Assembly (NCBI GenBank): GCA_965644315.1
Contig: CBFFRQ010000096.1
Coordinates: 186,001-250,000 of the forward strand
Direction of reading: 5' to 3'
From: Caecitellus pseudoparvulus
Taxonomy: Eukaryota; Protista; Bigyra: Bicosoecida
DNA: 64,000 nt
Positions 10,836 to 22,581 of the stretch are shown here, piece by piece. A model generated the notes under the pieces. The model searched no databases. It was not told the DNA's origin and worked only from the letters and a program-made list of their open reading frames with translations. A program made the translations under genes and the position numbers. Position 1 is the stretch's first letter. Each line of letters opens with the position of its first letter.

Positions 10836-12681
10836 TCAGGCGTCTGCCAGCCACTGCTTGATGTAGTTCTTGGCATCTGCGCGGCCCTGCGTCAGCTGTG
10901 GCGTGTCAGAGGCCTTGGCGCTGCCCAAGTCTTGGCAGTGGGACATGCCGGGGATGAAGACGGCTGGGCTCGAGGGCGACAGCGTGTGGTGCACTGCCAG
11001 GTGGTGCCAGGGGTCCACGGAGCCGCTGACGTACACGACTCGGTCGGCGACGGTGGTGTTGCCGCCGTAATACGCGTTCGTGAAGTCGATGCGGGAGGAG
11101 ACGTTGGAGGCGGACACGGCATAGTCCAACACACAGACGTCCGTGAAGTAGTCCAGCCCGACGCTGTCGGCGCTGCCCTGGCCCCGGAAGACGCAGGAAG
11201 ACCCCGCCTCACACGTCTGGAAGTAGCCGAACTGGGTGCAGGTCTGGTAGTCTGCGCGAAGAAGTGGGGGACGGGGGGTGCTGAGCACAATGCAGGCGCG
11301 TGAGCCGCGGCGCAGGGTACGCACACCAAGACCGGACGCCGACGCCATCACGCTCTGCGGCGGTGGATGTGACGTCTTGCTCGTCCAGCAGCGCCTGGTA
11401 GGACGCGTTGACGCAGGTGGCGGGGCAGGCGCCCGTCTGCGTGAAGGTGGTCTTCATGTACCACAGGTTGTACGCTGCGACGGCCGCCGTGCCTCGCGTG
11501 TTGCCCATGGTGCTGCACAAGCCGGCGATGGTGAGGCCCGGCGTGGGCAGTTGGTTGTCGTACTGCACGGCGTAGGCGATGTTGTTGGTGATGGCGGAGA
11601 TGACGTTGTCGGTGTCCAGGGAACGCGGGGCCACGCTGTAGTCGGGGCAGAGGCAGAACTGCGTCGCGACAGCGGCGCGCGTGGAGGCGTCTGGGCTGGT
11701 GACTGCGTCCACGATGGCGGTGAAGGCGTCCTCCAGGGCTGCGACGCACTGGGGGGAGCCCCCCACAGCCTCATCTGCGAGGGACGCCGCCACGACATCC
11801 ATGTACCCCACGAAGTCCTCCTGCGCCAAGACGGGCCCGCTGGAGCTCCACGCCGCATGGATGATGTCTGGGTACTTCAGGCGGGACCATGCCGCGAGGG
11901 CACCAGGGTAGGAGCCGCCGAAGGTGACCTTTTTCAGGGCGCTGATGCGAGGCTCGTTCAGCAGGGCAGGAAGCGCAAGGATCCAGGTGGACAGGTCAGC
12001 GAGCGCTTGCTGAGATGACAACCACTGCAGACCCGAGGGGGTCAAGTGTGCCTCTGGCTGGGACTGGCCGTAGTACTGTGCCGGGCAGGCGACGCAGGCG
12101 TGTGCTGTGGTGGCCCGGACTGTGCGCCCTGGGGCTGAGCACCAAGTTCCGCAGACAAGCACTTACCCGGTGCTCCAACGCGACGAGCAAAGCGCCAGTC
12201 TCAGAGGCCAGGTCATAGATCACTCCTCCCGCGATGGAATAGGGGGACAGGGCAGCTGTCGAGAGGGGCGTGGAAGTGAGTGAGCAGGGCAGCGGAGGCG
12301 CAGAAGTTCCCCCTTCGCCGGGCATGCGCTGCGTGGAAGTGGACGCCACTCACCCTCGCCGCCGATGTACACGAAGACGGGCCCAGTGCCGTTCCAGAAC
12401 TGGGAGTTGACGTAGAACCGCTGCTTGAACGTGTCCGTCACGATGGCGTTGAAGTGGTCCAGCGTCTGCTCGTGCCACATGGTCTGCACGCCGCGCACAC
12501 GCTCAGCAGGCGTGGCGGCCTCCGTCAGCAGCTGCAGCATGTGGCTGCCGCCTTGCAGGTGCCGGCCGTGCTGTGTGGGGTCGTTGATGACGGCATGGAT
12601 GCGCTCCGTGGCGGACAGGGACCCGGCTACAGCGTGGGAGGCTGCCGCCAGCGCCAGCAGCACTGTTGCTGCGCACCGCAT
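10836..12681 (-). CDS. Serine carboxypeptidase S28 family (PRSS16/PRCP-like), secreted/lysosomal, 4 exons
   Basis: Signal peptide, QTLDHF, QRFYVN, GGE, LEHRYYGQS, QALAD, nucleophile motif GGSYPG, WYYQTCTQFGYFQT, GSVDPW, SHCQDL. Introns at 12353-12256, 12166-12076 and 11324-11252. Confidence 0.92.
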
Positions 12682-12925
12682 GTTGGCGGGTGCAGTGGGA
12701 AGGACAGCCCTCGTGGAGGTGCACCGGGCCACTGAATACAAGTGAGTCGTGTGTGGGCTGGGGCGCCAGAACTGAGGCCCTGCAGGTGTGCGTGGGGTGC
12801 TGGATTTGCCGCCCGTCGCACCTTGCCTGATCACTGCCTGCCACCGCCACACAATCCCACGCTTGCCGCCCCTTCCTGCGTGGGCCCCCTGCATCCAGTC
12901 TTTGGCCCAGAGCACCCCCTCTGAG
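12682..12925. promoter_or_regulatory. Probable bidirectional promoter between S28 peptidase and HGSNAT-like genes
   Basis: Head-to-head start codons only about 244 nt apart. Confidence 0.5.
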
Positions 12926-14567
12926 ATGGCTGCCGAGTACAAGCCAGTGCCCAGCGCTGGGGAGCTGGAAGCGGCGCAGCCCAAGCACGCTGAGGCTGCC
13001 TCCGGCAAACCCCTCGCACAGAATGGCAGCTCTGGTGCGAGCACCAAGGCGAAGCCCGCGCGCATTGCCAGTGTGGACATTGCCCGCGGATTCACGATGT
13101 TCTGGATGATCATGGTGGACAACCAAGGCTCCCACACGCCGTCAGACATCTGGTACCCGTGGAGGGAATCTGAGTGTGCGTCTCGTGCAGTGCACTTGGT
13201 GCAGCGCCAGGCGCCGACACGCCCCTTGCTCACTGTGCTGCACAGGGAACGGTCTCGGCCCGGCAGACTGTGTCTTCCCTGCATTCCTCTTCCTGGCAGG
13301 CTTCTCCATCACCCTGGCCCTCACCCGGTACCGCGCAGCGTGGGCCGTGGGAGGCGAGCCCCAGCGGAAGGCGGTCTGGTCTGTCATGCTGTGGAAGGTG
13401 GTGCCCCGCTTCCTGAAGCTCTTCGCCATTGGCGCCTTCATCAACCTGTGGGCGGGCGGCTTCAAGGTGCAGCACTGGGTCGTCATGGGCGTCCTGCAGC
13501 GCATCGGCGTCTGCTACCTCGTCCTGGCCCTGGCCTACGTCTTCCTGCCCTCCATCTGGGCTGTGCGGGGGCTCACCCTGGCCTGCCTCGCCCTGTACGC
13601 CTGCATCATGTACGCCGTGGACGTCCCTGGCTGTGGTCGGGCGGACCTCTCCCCTGCCTGCAACGCCGGGGGCTGGGCGTCGCGCCAGCTGTGGGGGCCC
13701 TCCCATGTCCCCTCCGACGGCACCATCCCGGAGGCGCTCGTGTCCACACTGGCCGCCATGGTGACGACGGAGGCGGGCCTGGAGTTCGGCCTCATCATGC
13801 GCGAGGCACGTGGCTCACACCCCTACCGCCTCCTGCTGCTGTGGGGCATCACTAGTGTCTTGTACGCTGCGCTCGGCGGCGGGCTCTCCCTGGCCGTGCC
13901 CCTGAACAAGAAGTTGTGGAGCCCCCCCTTCGCCCTGGTCGTGTCTGCCGTGGCGGGCTTCATGCTGTGCATGTGGCTGTTCATCGTGGACCTGCGCTGC
14001 GGCCTGGACGTGCCACCCCGCTGGTGGACGCTGGAGTGGATCTATCCGGAGCGGCCGCGCCCTCCCAGCCCAGGCCGCCCGGCAACGCCGCCCTCCCGCT
14101 CCTCCTCCCTGAACGTGCGGGGCAAGTCGACGAAGCAGGAGCTGAAGCAGCCACTGCTGGCTGCGACGCCCACCCCGCCGTCGCCTGCTCTGGACTCCCT
14201 CCCCATCACCGGCCCCACCTCCCGCTGCTGCGGCTGCCCTTGCTGCGCCTGTTGCGACAGTGCCACCACTCTGAGCGTGTATCGGGCGGCAGTTGCAGTG
14301 GGTGACGCGTGTGTGGTGCAGCCCCTGACGTGGCTGGGGCGCAATCCGGCCCTTACGTTCATTGCGATGGTGGCGCTGGAAGTGCTGCTTATGGACACGC
14401 TGAAGGATGGCGGCACGCCCGTGTGGACCAAGTGGTACGAAGAAGGCTTCGTGCCCGGCTGCATCAACCGGCAGGCGGCCTCCTCCGCCGTCGCCCTCGT
14501 GCATGTGGCACTGTGGGTGGCCATCTGTGGCGTCCTGCACTACTTCAAGATTTTCATCACCCTGTGA
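12926..14567 (+). CDS. HGSNAT: Heparan-alpha-glucosaminide N-acetyltransferase-like membrane protein (2 exons)
   Basis: RIASVDIARG, WNGLGPADCVFPAFLFLAG (across intron 13176-13245), GVLQRIG, PLNKKLWSPPF, LGRN and multiple TM helices. Confidence 0.85.
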
Positions 14568-14611
14568 CGCGCGTGTGGCGCGCGCACACACCGCCAGGTG
14601 CAGGGGCATGG

Positions 14612-17119
14612 CTAGTTGGGCGCATCAAAGTGCCCTTGGCAGTTGCGGATGGCGTACAGGGGCTGGATCATGAAACCTGCCAGGAAGGACAGCCCTGTCA
14701 TGATGATGCGCATCATGGCCGGCGACGCCCGCATGCCCAGCACCAGGATAGGGGACGTCTCGTCCGACACCTTGATGGCTCGCTGCAGCGTGGCCAGCGT
14801 GCAACTGGCGTCCCGCAGCTCCTGCAGCAGGCAGCGCATGGAGGCGTCGTCCGTGCGCTGCCCGGCCCGCGCAAAGATGCTGGCTGCCATGCCGCCGCCC
14901 ATCGTCGTGCTGCCGTCTGCGCCCTCGATGGCTTGCAGCACGCTGGAGGCGGCGTGGGTGGCTTCGGCAGCGGTGGAGGCCCGGCGCTGCCTGGCCGGGG
15001 CGCCGGTGCCGGCCGAGCTGGGAGGCGGCGCTGCGCCAGTGGAGTTCTCCAGGACAGTGGCCACGTCCCGCGCCAGCTCGTCGATGTCCACTGCGGCGAG
15101 GACGAAGGCTTCCTCCTGCAGGGCACGCTTCTCGTTGGCGTCGGAGCCGAGGAGGACGATGACGATGATGACAGCCAGGACGGTGCCCAGCAGCAGCAGC
15201 ATTTGGATGTACAGGACGTCGTTGGACATGTTGCGGCAGAAGGCGGCGCCCTTGTCCGACTGCAGGTAGTAGGAAGACAGCGCCGTGACGCCCATGAACA
15301 GCACGAGGACGGCACAGGTCGAAATGTAGAACTGCAGCCGCGTGTAGAACACCCGCCCCGTGTCAGCCAGCAGGGAGCGCAGGCGGTACCAGGCAAAGGC
15401 GTTCACCTGGCGGGACATGTCCACGATGGGCGGCAGCACCAGGCGGCGGTAGTCGCCCCCACCCGCCCGCACAGACTGCAGGAGGCGGGCCACTTGGCGC
15501 CCGGCGGGCGTGGCCAGCACGGAGTCGGGGAGGACGTTGGCGGACCAGTCCTCATCCTGCTCAATGAGTTTGGAGATGATGGTGGGCTGCGTCAGGCGGG
15601 TGAGCTTGGCGGCCACCACATCCCGCCGCCACATGTCCAGGATGCCCGTCATGAGGAACTGCACCAGCGCGTGCAGGTTCAGCCCCAGCAGCACGACGAC
15701 GCTGACGCGCACGATGACGAAGCTGGGGCTTTGCATGTCCTCCCAGCTGACGTTGTACGCCATGAAGATTGCGAAGATGACGGCGTTGGACAGGACGCTG
15801 ATGGTGATGCTGAGCACGTGGAAGGGCGTGAGATCTTTGGGGCAGGAGCTCAGCATGAGGGCCAGCGCCATGTCCCGGATGCTCACGCGCTTGGTCGTCA
15901 CGTCAGCATCGTCGCTGGATGAGGCGCACTCGTGCACCGTCTTGGCTCGGCTGCGCAGGGCGCCCACCGCGTCCGCTGCCCCAGCCTCATCTGCCGGCCG
16001 CCGGGGTCGCAGCACGGGCCCTGCCCGCGGGTTGTCTGACGCGTGGATGGCTGCTGCGTCCAAGGAGGACAGTGCGGCGCCTGAGATGGGGTTGCCCGTT
16101 GAGGGCGAGGTGGGCCCACCCCGGCGGCCGAGGCTGGCCAGCATGCGGAAGTCGGCGACATGCTCCGCTGACGTGGCCACGGCGCTGCTGATGCTGGAAA
16201 GCGTGTGCTGGACGGAGGACTCCAGGCGGCTGTCGTACAGGAAGGCGTAGTTGTCCATGTTGATGTGGGCGCGGCGGGCGGCCTGCTGCAGCTGCTTGTC
16301 CAGCACCTCCACCGGCGGGTTCAGCCAGCCAGACACGAACATAATGCCGACGTTCATGGCCTGGGCTTCCCGGGCGTCAGCCTTCGTGAACTTTATCCAC
16401 CAGCACGTCGGTACGTAGGCGTACTTGGCTGCGATGCTGACGTTGCGCAGGAAAATGCAGCCCAAGATGATGCCGACTTCGGCAGGCTGCAGCAGGCCTG
16501 TTGCGCGTGTCGGATCGTCGGACAATGAAAAGGCGAACAGGATGTACAGCAGCATGGCTGGCCCAATCAAGTTGGCCAGGAGGCCTACGGGTGACGTGAA
16601 CCAGACCAGGAACAGCTGTGACGGGATGCACGCGCGCGAGGGGTGCGGAGAACGCGCCAGGGCAAAGCCGCGGCCCACGTTGGAAGCACGCCACAGCTCG
16701 CACGCACGTTCACGACGGTTTGCCAGCCATCAATACAAACGACAAAAGGAATGGAAATCGGGTAGAACAGGTGGTAGAGGAGGAGCTTGAAAAACCGGCC
16801 TGCAACACGACCATCAGCGGGGAGCGGGTAGTGTTTGCGGAGCATGGAAGGGGCGGGATTCTGTGTTGGCCACAGCACGCTTCCCGTGCCCGTACCTGCG
16901 TGAAACACCACAGCACACTCTGGATCTCGATTGTAGCGCGCCGTCCGCGACCGGGCGATGATGTCAGAAATGCTGCGCGCGGGAGGCAAGCAGGGAAGGC
17001 GTTGAGTGGCACGTCAGGCCAATTTCCGCTGGGTCACGCCAGCCGCACCTTTGAGACTCCGGCGTCGCTGGCGCACTCGTGCCGACACTCAAGGCTGAGT
17101 GAGCCCCTTGCATCTCCAT
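14612..17119 (-). CDS. PHTF-like multi-pass membrane protein (7TM ion channel superfamily candidate), 3 exons, ~779 aa
   Basis: Exons 17119-17049, 16972-16708 and 16615-14612 join in frame via GT-AG introns. C-terminal motifs [21 protein letters not shown] and [12 protein letters not shown] resemble PHTF [21 protein letters not shown] and [12 protein letters not shown]. Confidence 0.65.
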
Positions 17120-17349
17120 GGTAAGAGGCCTGTCGCTCGGCAGTCGTGCTGGGCGGGAGGGGGCTGGCTCGCCAGGAAAGCTTCCCGGCGCTTGCTCAAA
17201 GTGTGCGTCGCGAGACGGCCTGCGCCTGCTCACGTGCAGCTGCGGCGTGATCAGGACGCGGGCAGAGGCAGCAAGTGATGCTCGTAGCAAGGTGAGGGTG
17301 GATTGCATTTGTCCGGCAGCAGGAACTGCCGCCCCTGCACTTGGGCGCC

Positions 17350-19512
17350 TCACTCTCCCAACAACAGCGTGACCTGGTACAGCATGCCAAACAGCGTGTC
17401 TGCGGAGCACTTGACGACACCGATGGGCAGCCACGACGCTCCGCTGCTGCGGCCAAACTTTGCGCCCTGCAACACCACACAGTGCAGCACAGCTGCCGCC
17501 AGCACCGCCAGCGCCAGGTGCAGCGCGGAGCTGCCCCACCGCCAGGGGCACTCCGCCCAGGCCAGGCGCCGGTTCGCCTCCCGTGGGTCCAGCACGTGCA
17601 CTGCGCGGGGCGCGGGCACCTCCCCTTCCAGTGCCAGCACGACATGCTCCTTGGTCGGCACAGTGTGGGGCAGGCACGTGCGGAGCAGGAGCAGGGTGAG
17701 CAGGGGCAGCGCCCCCACGACCGCCACGACAGGCCAGTGCGAGGCGAGGGCCGTGACGAGGGGCAGCAGCAGGAGCAGCGAGCCCAGGCCGTACAGGGCC
17801 CACTGCAGGATGTACGCAGGCAGGAGGAAGGACAGGGACGCCAGGAGCGTCGTGCCACCCACGGCAGACACGAGGCAGGGCGGCGCCAGGTACAGCGTGT
17901 GCCAGCCACAGGTGCGCCCCAGCACGGCGGTCACCACGCCGTGGGCCAAGCCCTGACTGGGCGCAGCGCCACCTGAGCAAATGCAGGGTTGCAGCCACCG
18001 CCTGTGTGCGGCCAGGAAGCCCCCCCCCACCACCGCCACCACCATGCATGCCAGGGACAGCACCATGGCAAAGTGCCGCCGACGGTCTGATGTGAAGGCG
18101 GCCATGTCCCGGTGGTGTGCCAGGATGTCGTTGGCACGGGCCTCCGTCGTGGCTCGTGCCTGCCGCTCCAACTCCGCCTGCACCTCTTGCATGGCGGACA
18201 CGCCGTCCGAGGCGAGGGTGCGGTGCAGGTGCGCAGCAGCAGCAGAGCGAGCGTCGGCCGCCTCTTGGCTCTCACGGTGCATGGCTTCCGCGGCGCGCGT
18301 CTGCTCCGCCGCCACGGTGCGGTGCAGCATGCCGTGCAGGAGGGCGGAGTACTCCAGCTCCCCCCGGCGAGCGGCGTCGGGCACCAGTGCCAGGCCGGCC
18401 TGCCGCAGTGCCTGCAGGGTGGTGTCCGGCACTGCCCCTTGCAGCGGGGAGAGAGCTCCGGAGGGGGGTGCGGGGGGGCCTCCCGGGGAGTCGGACAGCC
18501 GGCGCCGCAGGGTGGCTGCTGTGCTGGGGGGCGCAGTGTCCTCTGTGAAGGTGAAGCTGGCAGACTCCAGCGGGCTGGGCGTGCCGTCCACTGAGCCAGG
18601 GTCTGCCGTGGGGTCCCCCATGCCGATACTGCCAGAGGAAGGCACGGGTGGCAAGCCAGACGGGCGCACCTGCCGCCCGCCTGGCCCACAGAGCGGTTCC
18701 CCTGTGCTGTGTTCCCGATCCAGGCCGCGCGCAGCCGCTGCACCAGCCTGCGCCGCCAGGCCCCGGGCAGTGTCAGACAGGCTGCGCTGCAGGGTGGCCA
18801 CCTGGCCAGCATCCTGGGGCAGGGGGGACACGGCACTGAGCTCGCCCAGCACCACGTCCACCTCCTCCCGCAGGCGCCGCGTGACTGTGGCATTTTCACC
18901 GGCAGCTTGAGAGCAGAGGCCACGCAGGCTGTCCACCCGAGCCTGCAGCTGCTGCAGCCGTCCTTTGGCGGAGGCACCCGGTGGCTGTGCGCCCAGGAAG
19001 TACCTGGACCCCAACGCTAGGAGGAAGAGGGCCAAGGCGACGCTGCCAGCCAGCACAGCGTCCACGTCCAGCTGCCCTCCCTCTCGAGCCATTGCTTGCG
19101 GCAAGGGCAGGGCTGCTGCTCCACTGGGCAGGTGCTCGTAGGCGAAGGGGAGGGCCTCCTCTGCCACGGCACCTGCCGCGGGATCTCCCAGCCCACTGGA
19201 GAATGGGGTGGGTGTCGCAGTTGGGGGTAATGCAGGCAGAGTGCCTGGTGCCGGCAATGTTGCCGGCAGGGAGGGAGACGTCGCGGATTCCTCCACACTT
19301 AGTTGAACGGGGGCTTGCACCGCTTCGACTGGGGCCTGAGGCAAGTTGAGTGGGGGAGAAGCTGTGCCAACTTCGTCTTGCTCTGCTTGGCTGGCAGTGC
19401 GCCCGCCAGGGGCCTCTTGCTCCTGCTCCAAGTCCTCCCACACTTCATGGGCGTCGGCCTCAACGCCGGTGAAACGCTCTGCAGGTGCATGCAACTCCTC
19501 CCACTCCTCCAT
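17350..19512 (-). CDS. Uncharacterised membrane protein (TM, coiled coil, C-terminal multi-TM region)
   Basis: Long ORF with likely start MEEWEE at 19512 and hydrophobic segments near both ends. The 3' end might be spliced. Confidence 0.6.
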   Translation of the reverse strand: MEEWEELHAPAERFTGVEADAHEVWEDLEQEQEAPGGRTASQAEQDEVGTASPPLNLPQAPVEAVQAPVQLSVEESATSPSLPATLPAPGTLPALPPTATPTPFSSGLGDPAAGAVAEEALPFAYEHLPSGAAALPLPQAMAREGGQLDVDAVLAGSVALALFLLALGSRYFLGAQPPGASAKGRLQQLQARVDSLRGLCSQAAGENATVTRRLREEVDVVLGELSAVSPLPQDAGQVATLQRSLSDTARGLAAQAGAAAARGLDREHSTGEPLCGPGGRQVRPSGLPPVPSSGSIGMGDPTADPGSVDGTPSPLESASFTFTEDTAPPSTAATLRRRLSDSPGGPPAPPSGALSPLQGAVPDTTLQALRQAGLALVPDAARRGELEYSALLHGMLHRTVAAEQTRAAEAMHRESQEAADARSAAAAHLHRTLASDGVSAMQEVQAELERQARATTEARANDILAHHRDMAAFTSDRRRHFAMVLSLACMVVAVVGGGFLAAHRRWLQPCICSGGAAPSQGLAHGVVTAVLGRTCGWHTLYLAPPCLVSAVGGTTLLASLSFLLPAYILQWALYGLGSLLLLLPLVTALASHWPVVAVVGALPLLTLLLLRTCLPHTVPTKEHVVLALEGEVPAPRAVHVLDPREANRRLAWAECPWRWGSSALHLALAVLAAAVLHCVVLQGAKFGRSSGASWLPIGVVKCSADTLFGMLYQVTLLLGE

Positions 19513-19831
19513 AGCGGACTTTTCCGGGCTGTCTGGAAGCCTTGAGGTGCCTTCGCGGTGACGAGTGCCTGCTGCGCGTTTGAAGCAGCGGACTTTCCTG
19601 GAAGACGAGCCAGCGGCGCTGCGCAGTTTCTTGTGGTCGCCAGCACGCCTTGGCGTCACGAAGCCCCTGACGCCACAGGCTGCGCAGGGTCGGGTGCAAA
19701 AGCTGTCAAGTGGGACAAATCTCTCATGAAGCATTCCACTTTCGTTTTATTGTGGGGCTCTGCATCGATGAGGCCCCTCGCCTGTGGGTTGCCGGGGAGC
19801 TCTCCGACCTACACACGGCCTTGCCCGAGAC

Positions 19832-21139
19832 ATGGACATTGCCAGGCAGACCCCAGCCATCACGCGGTGGGTGGCCTCTGTGAGTCTGGCACTAGCCGCA
19901 TCCTATGCGGATAGCAAGCCTTCCGAGTGACGCCGACCCCCCGCACACGTCCGCACAGGGCCAAGATCTCACCTGCATCCAGCATCTGGGCTTGCCCAAG
20001 CTGCGCCGCGTCCGGGAGCTGGACGTATCGCACAACAGACTGTTGTCTCTCAGCGAACTAGCAGAACTCCCCCGTCTCACCAAACTGGACGCTTCCCACA
20101 ACTCCCTGTCGGCTGCTCTGGGTGAGTGCCGCCTTGCAGCAATGTGCGAAACGCTCTCGAAACGCTCCCATGTCCATGCTCGTGCCCTGCGCCCCCTGCT
20201 GCGTTCAATCCAAGTGCGTTCACCGCCCTCCGTGCCCGGTATCCAACCTGCGCAGATTTTGAGTTCGTCGGGGAGCCAGACGACGATGCCGTGGAGGCAG
20301 TGGCCACTGGCTCCAGCTCCTGCTTGACGGAGGTGAACTTGGCCCACAACAGCATCAAGCGCCTGAGGGAGCTGGGAGCCCACCAACACCTGCGGCAGCT
20401 GAACCTCGCACACAATGCCCTGTCCGAAGTCACGGGCCTGGCATCCCTGCGCCACCTGGCTGTCCTGGACCTCCGCCACAACGGCCTTGTGTCCATGCGG
20501 GGCCTCAGCGGGCTGACCAGCCTGCAGGCCCTGCACCTGGACGGCAACAAGCTGCAGTGCCTGGGCGGGCTGGACGGCATGCAGCTGCTGCACACGCTGA
20601 CGGTGTCTGGCAACGCCCTGCGCAGCCTGGAGGGCGTACAGGGCGCCAGCCTGCTCCGCACCCTGGATGCCCGTGACAACAGCATGGCAGACCTGTACAG
20701 CGTGGAGCCCCTCATGCAGCTGCCCGTGCTGGGCGACCTGCACATCAGTGGCAACGTCTTCCTGCTGCGCACCCAGCAGTGTCGCCTGCGCCTGCTCTAC
20801 CGGCTGGAGGGGTTGGCCAGCCTGGACGGGCAGCCCGTGACGGCGGCAGAGAAGGTAGCGGCCCGCAACCTGCACGGGGCTGACCTGGATGAGCGCCGGG
20901 CGACCTTTCACGCCATCCTGCCGGACCAAATGTTCACCAACACGCTTCCCTACATCGACGTGGAGGAGGAGGCACGGCACAGCGAGGAAGCGTACCTGGA
21001 GCGCATGGCCTTCCACCTGGCGACAGAGGCCATCGAAGAAGGCGCAGCGCAGGCGCAGGCGCTGCAGGATGCCCTCCTGCAGCCCCGCGTGCGGTCGTCG
21101 CGCAGGGCTTTGGCAGGCGCTGGCGCCGCACAGGCGTAG
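19832..21139 (+). CDS. SDS22-type leucine-rich repeat protein (LRGUK/LRRC23-like, probably axonemal), 3 exons
   Basis: About 8 LxxLxLxxNxL repeats and an LRR cap RLRLLYRLEGLASLDGQPVTAAEKVAA. Introns at 19880-19958 and 20122-20255. Confidence 0.8.
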
Positions 21140-21292
21140 GCAAGGGGCCGTCCACTTGTCAAGCTTCGCCCCTACGCCGCTGACTACACAATGCAGCATG
21201 TGTGACTTTGTCCTTCCTGCAGTGCTCAGGCGCACTGCTCCCTCTGCTCCCTCGCAGGGGCTCTGTGCGGCGTGGTCTTGCTGCGGTAATTG

Positions 21293-22234
21293 ATGGACCA
21301 GGAGGAGACACCCCGCCGTGTGCGCCGGGCGCTGCGGCGCCTCCTGCACCTGCACTCAGAACTCGATAGACTCGCGTGTGCCACACGGTACTTGGACGCA
21401 CTGCACCATGCATTTACTGGCGCCATCAAGCCTGTCTTCGACGTGCAGTACTCGTTGACACTGCACGCCGGCGCTGGTCCGGCACTTGCTGCTGTGTGGC
21501 GGCACAGCGCCGAGACATCGCCAGAGACCCCAGGGGTGCACACCCTGGTCCAGAGCAAGTGTGGACGTGTTTTAACAGGCCGCCTGGCGGGCTCCAACAG
21601 CGTGCAGTGGCCGGCCCTGGCCCTGCACGTTCCCGTGCAATGCGTGCCTGGCCTGGCCATTGTGCGACCGCTGGCCCCGCCAGCCCACCCTCTCTCCCCC
21701 CTCCATGCCCTCTGCGCCTTGCACGTGGAGCCAGACAGTGCCTGTGCGTGCCAGGCTGCCGCGCCTCGGGCGCTCTCTGCGTCCCGCGCAATTGCCGCGA
21801 CGTTGCCAGCGCGCGTCGGCGGCCACCGCAGCCACCTCGGCCGCCTCGCCGCCTCCCTGCCCAGCTGCCCCGCGCTGGGCCAGGCAGGCGACCCACCTGC
21901 ACTGTGTCTGGCTTGGCACGTGGCGCGAGGTGGGTGCTGCTTTGCGCTGCAGCTGCGGGAGCTGGTGGCCCGCCCCCTGCCGGGTGGGGAAGCGCAGTCC
22001 GTGGTGCAGGCGCTGGGGGCGCAGGGCGTAGCGGCAGCCAGGAAGGGTGGGACAGCTGCTAGTCGTGACCTGCACGTCTCTGTGTTGAAAGCCAGTGCGT
22101 GGGTGTGTGGAGGCCTGACTGGGGCGGAGCCGGGGGAGGGCAAGGCGCCGTTGGAGGCGATGCTGCAGGACGCCCTGACGGCTGCCGTGGCCCTGACTGC
22201 CTCCACGGACACACAATACAGTGCGGATGACTGA
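21293..22234 (+). CDS. Hypothetical protein
   Basis: 313-aa ORF from ATG 21293 (in-frame TAA just upstream) with coding-like composition and no recognisable motif. Confidence 0.5.
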   Translation: MDQEETPRRVRRALRRLLHLHSELDRLACATRYLDALHHAFTGAIKPVFDVQYSLTLHAGAGPALAAVWRHSAETSPETPGVHTLVQSKCGRVLTGRLAGSNSVQWPALALHVPVQCVPGLAIVRPLAPPAHPLSPLHALCALHVEPDSACACQAAAPRALSASRAIAATLPARVGGHRSHLGRLAASLPSCPALGQAGDPPALCLAWHVARGGCCFALQLRELVARPLPGGEAQSVVQALGAQGVAAARKGGTAASRDLHVSVLKASAWVCGGLTGAEPGEGKAPLEAMLQDALTAAVALTASTDTQYSADD

Positions 22235-22581
22235 CTGAGCTGGCGGGAGCGTGGCGTGGGGGCTGCTGTGGGTCCCTTGCAGGCTCTCCGCGGCCTGTGA
22301 CGCGAAGTTCACAGCACCACAGCCCACGGCCCCCAAAACACCACCCAACACTTCATTTGCTCATCTCTGTGCGAATTGGTATGTACACTCGGCATGCAGC
22401 TGGGCGCTGGCGGCCGCACCAACCTCCCGCCGCGCCTTGGCGCAAGGCGCCTCGTAGCCCGTCACAGTCGCGCAGCTCAAACCAGTGGGGAGTGTGAGGT
22501 GGCGCCCAGCGCAAAGCTGCAGAGTGAAGCAGCACCAAGACGGGCGCTGGAAACGAAAGCGAAGCATCTAATCCTCCTACC

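Noticed and set aside
21139-21293. Possible splicing of the LRR gene into the downstream ORF (LRGUK-like fusion)
   Set aside because: An in-frame TAA lies just upstream of ATG 21293 with no usable acceptor after it, and no guanylate kinase motifs are present.
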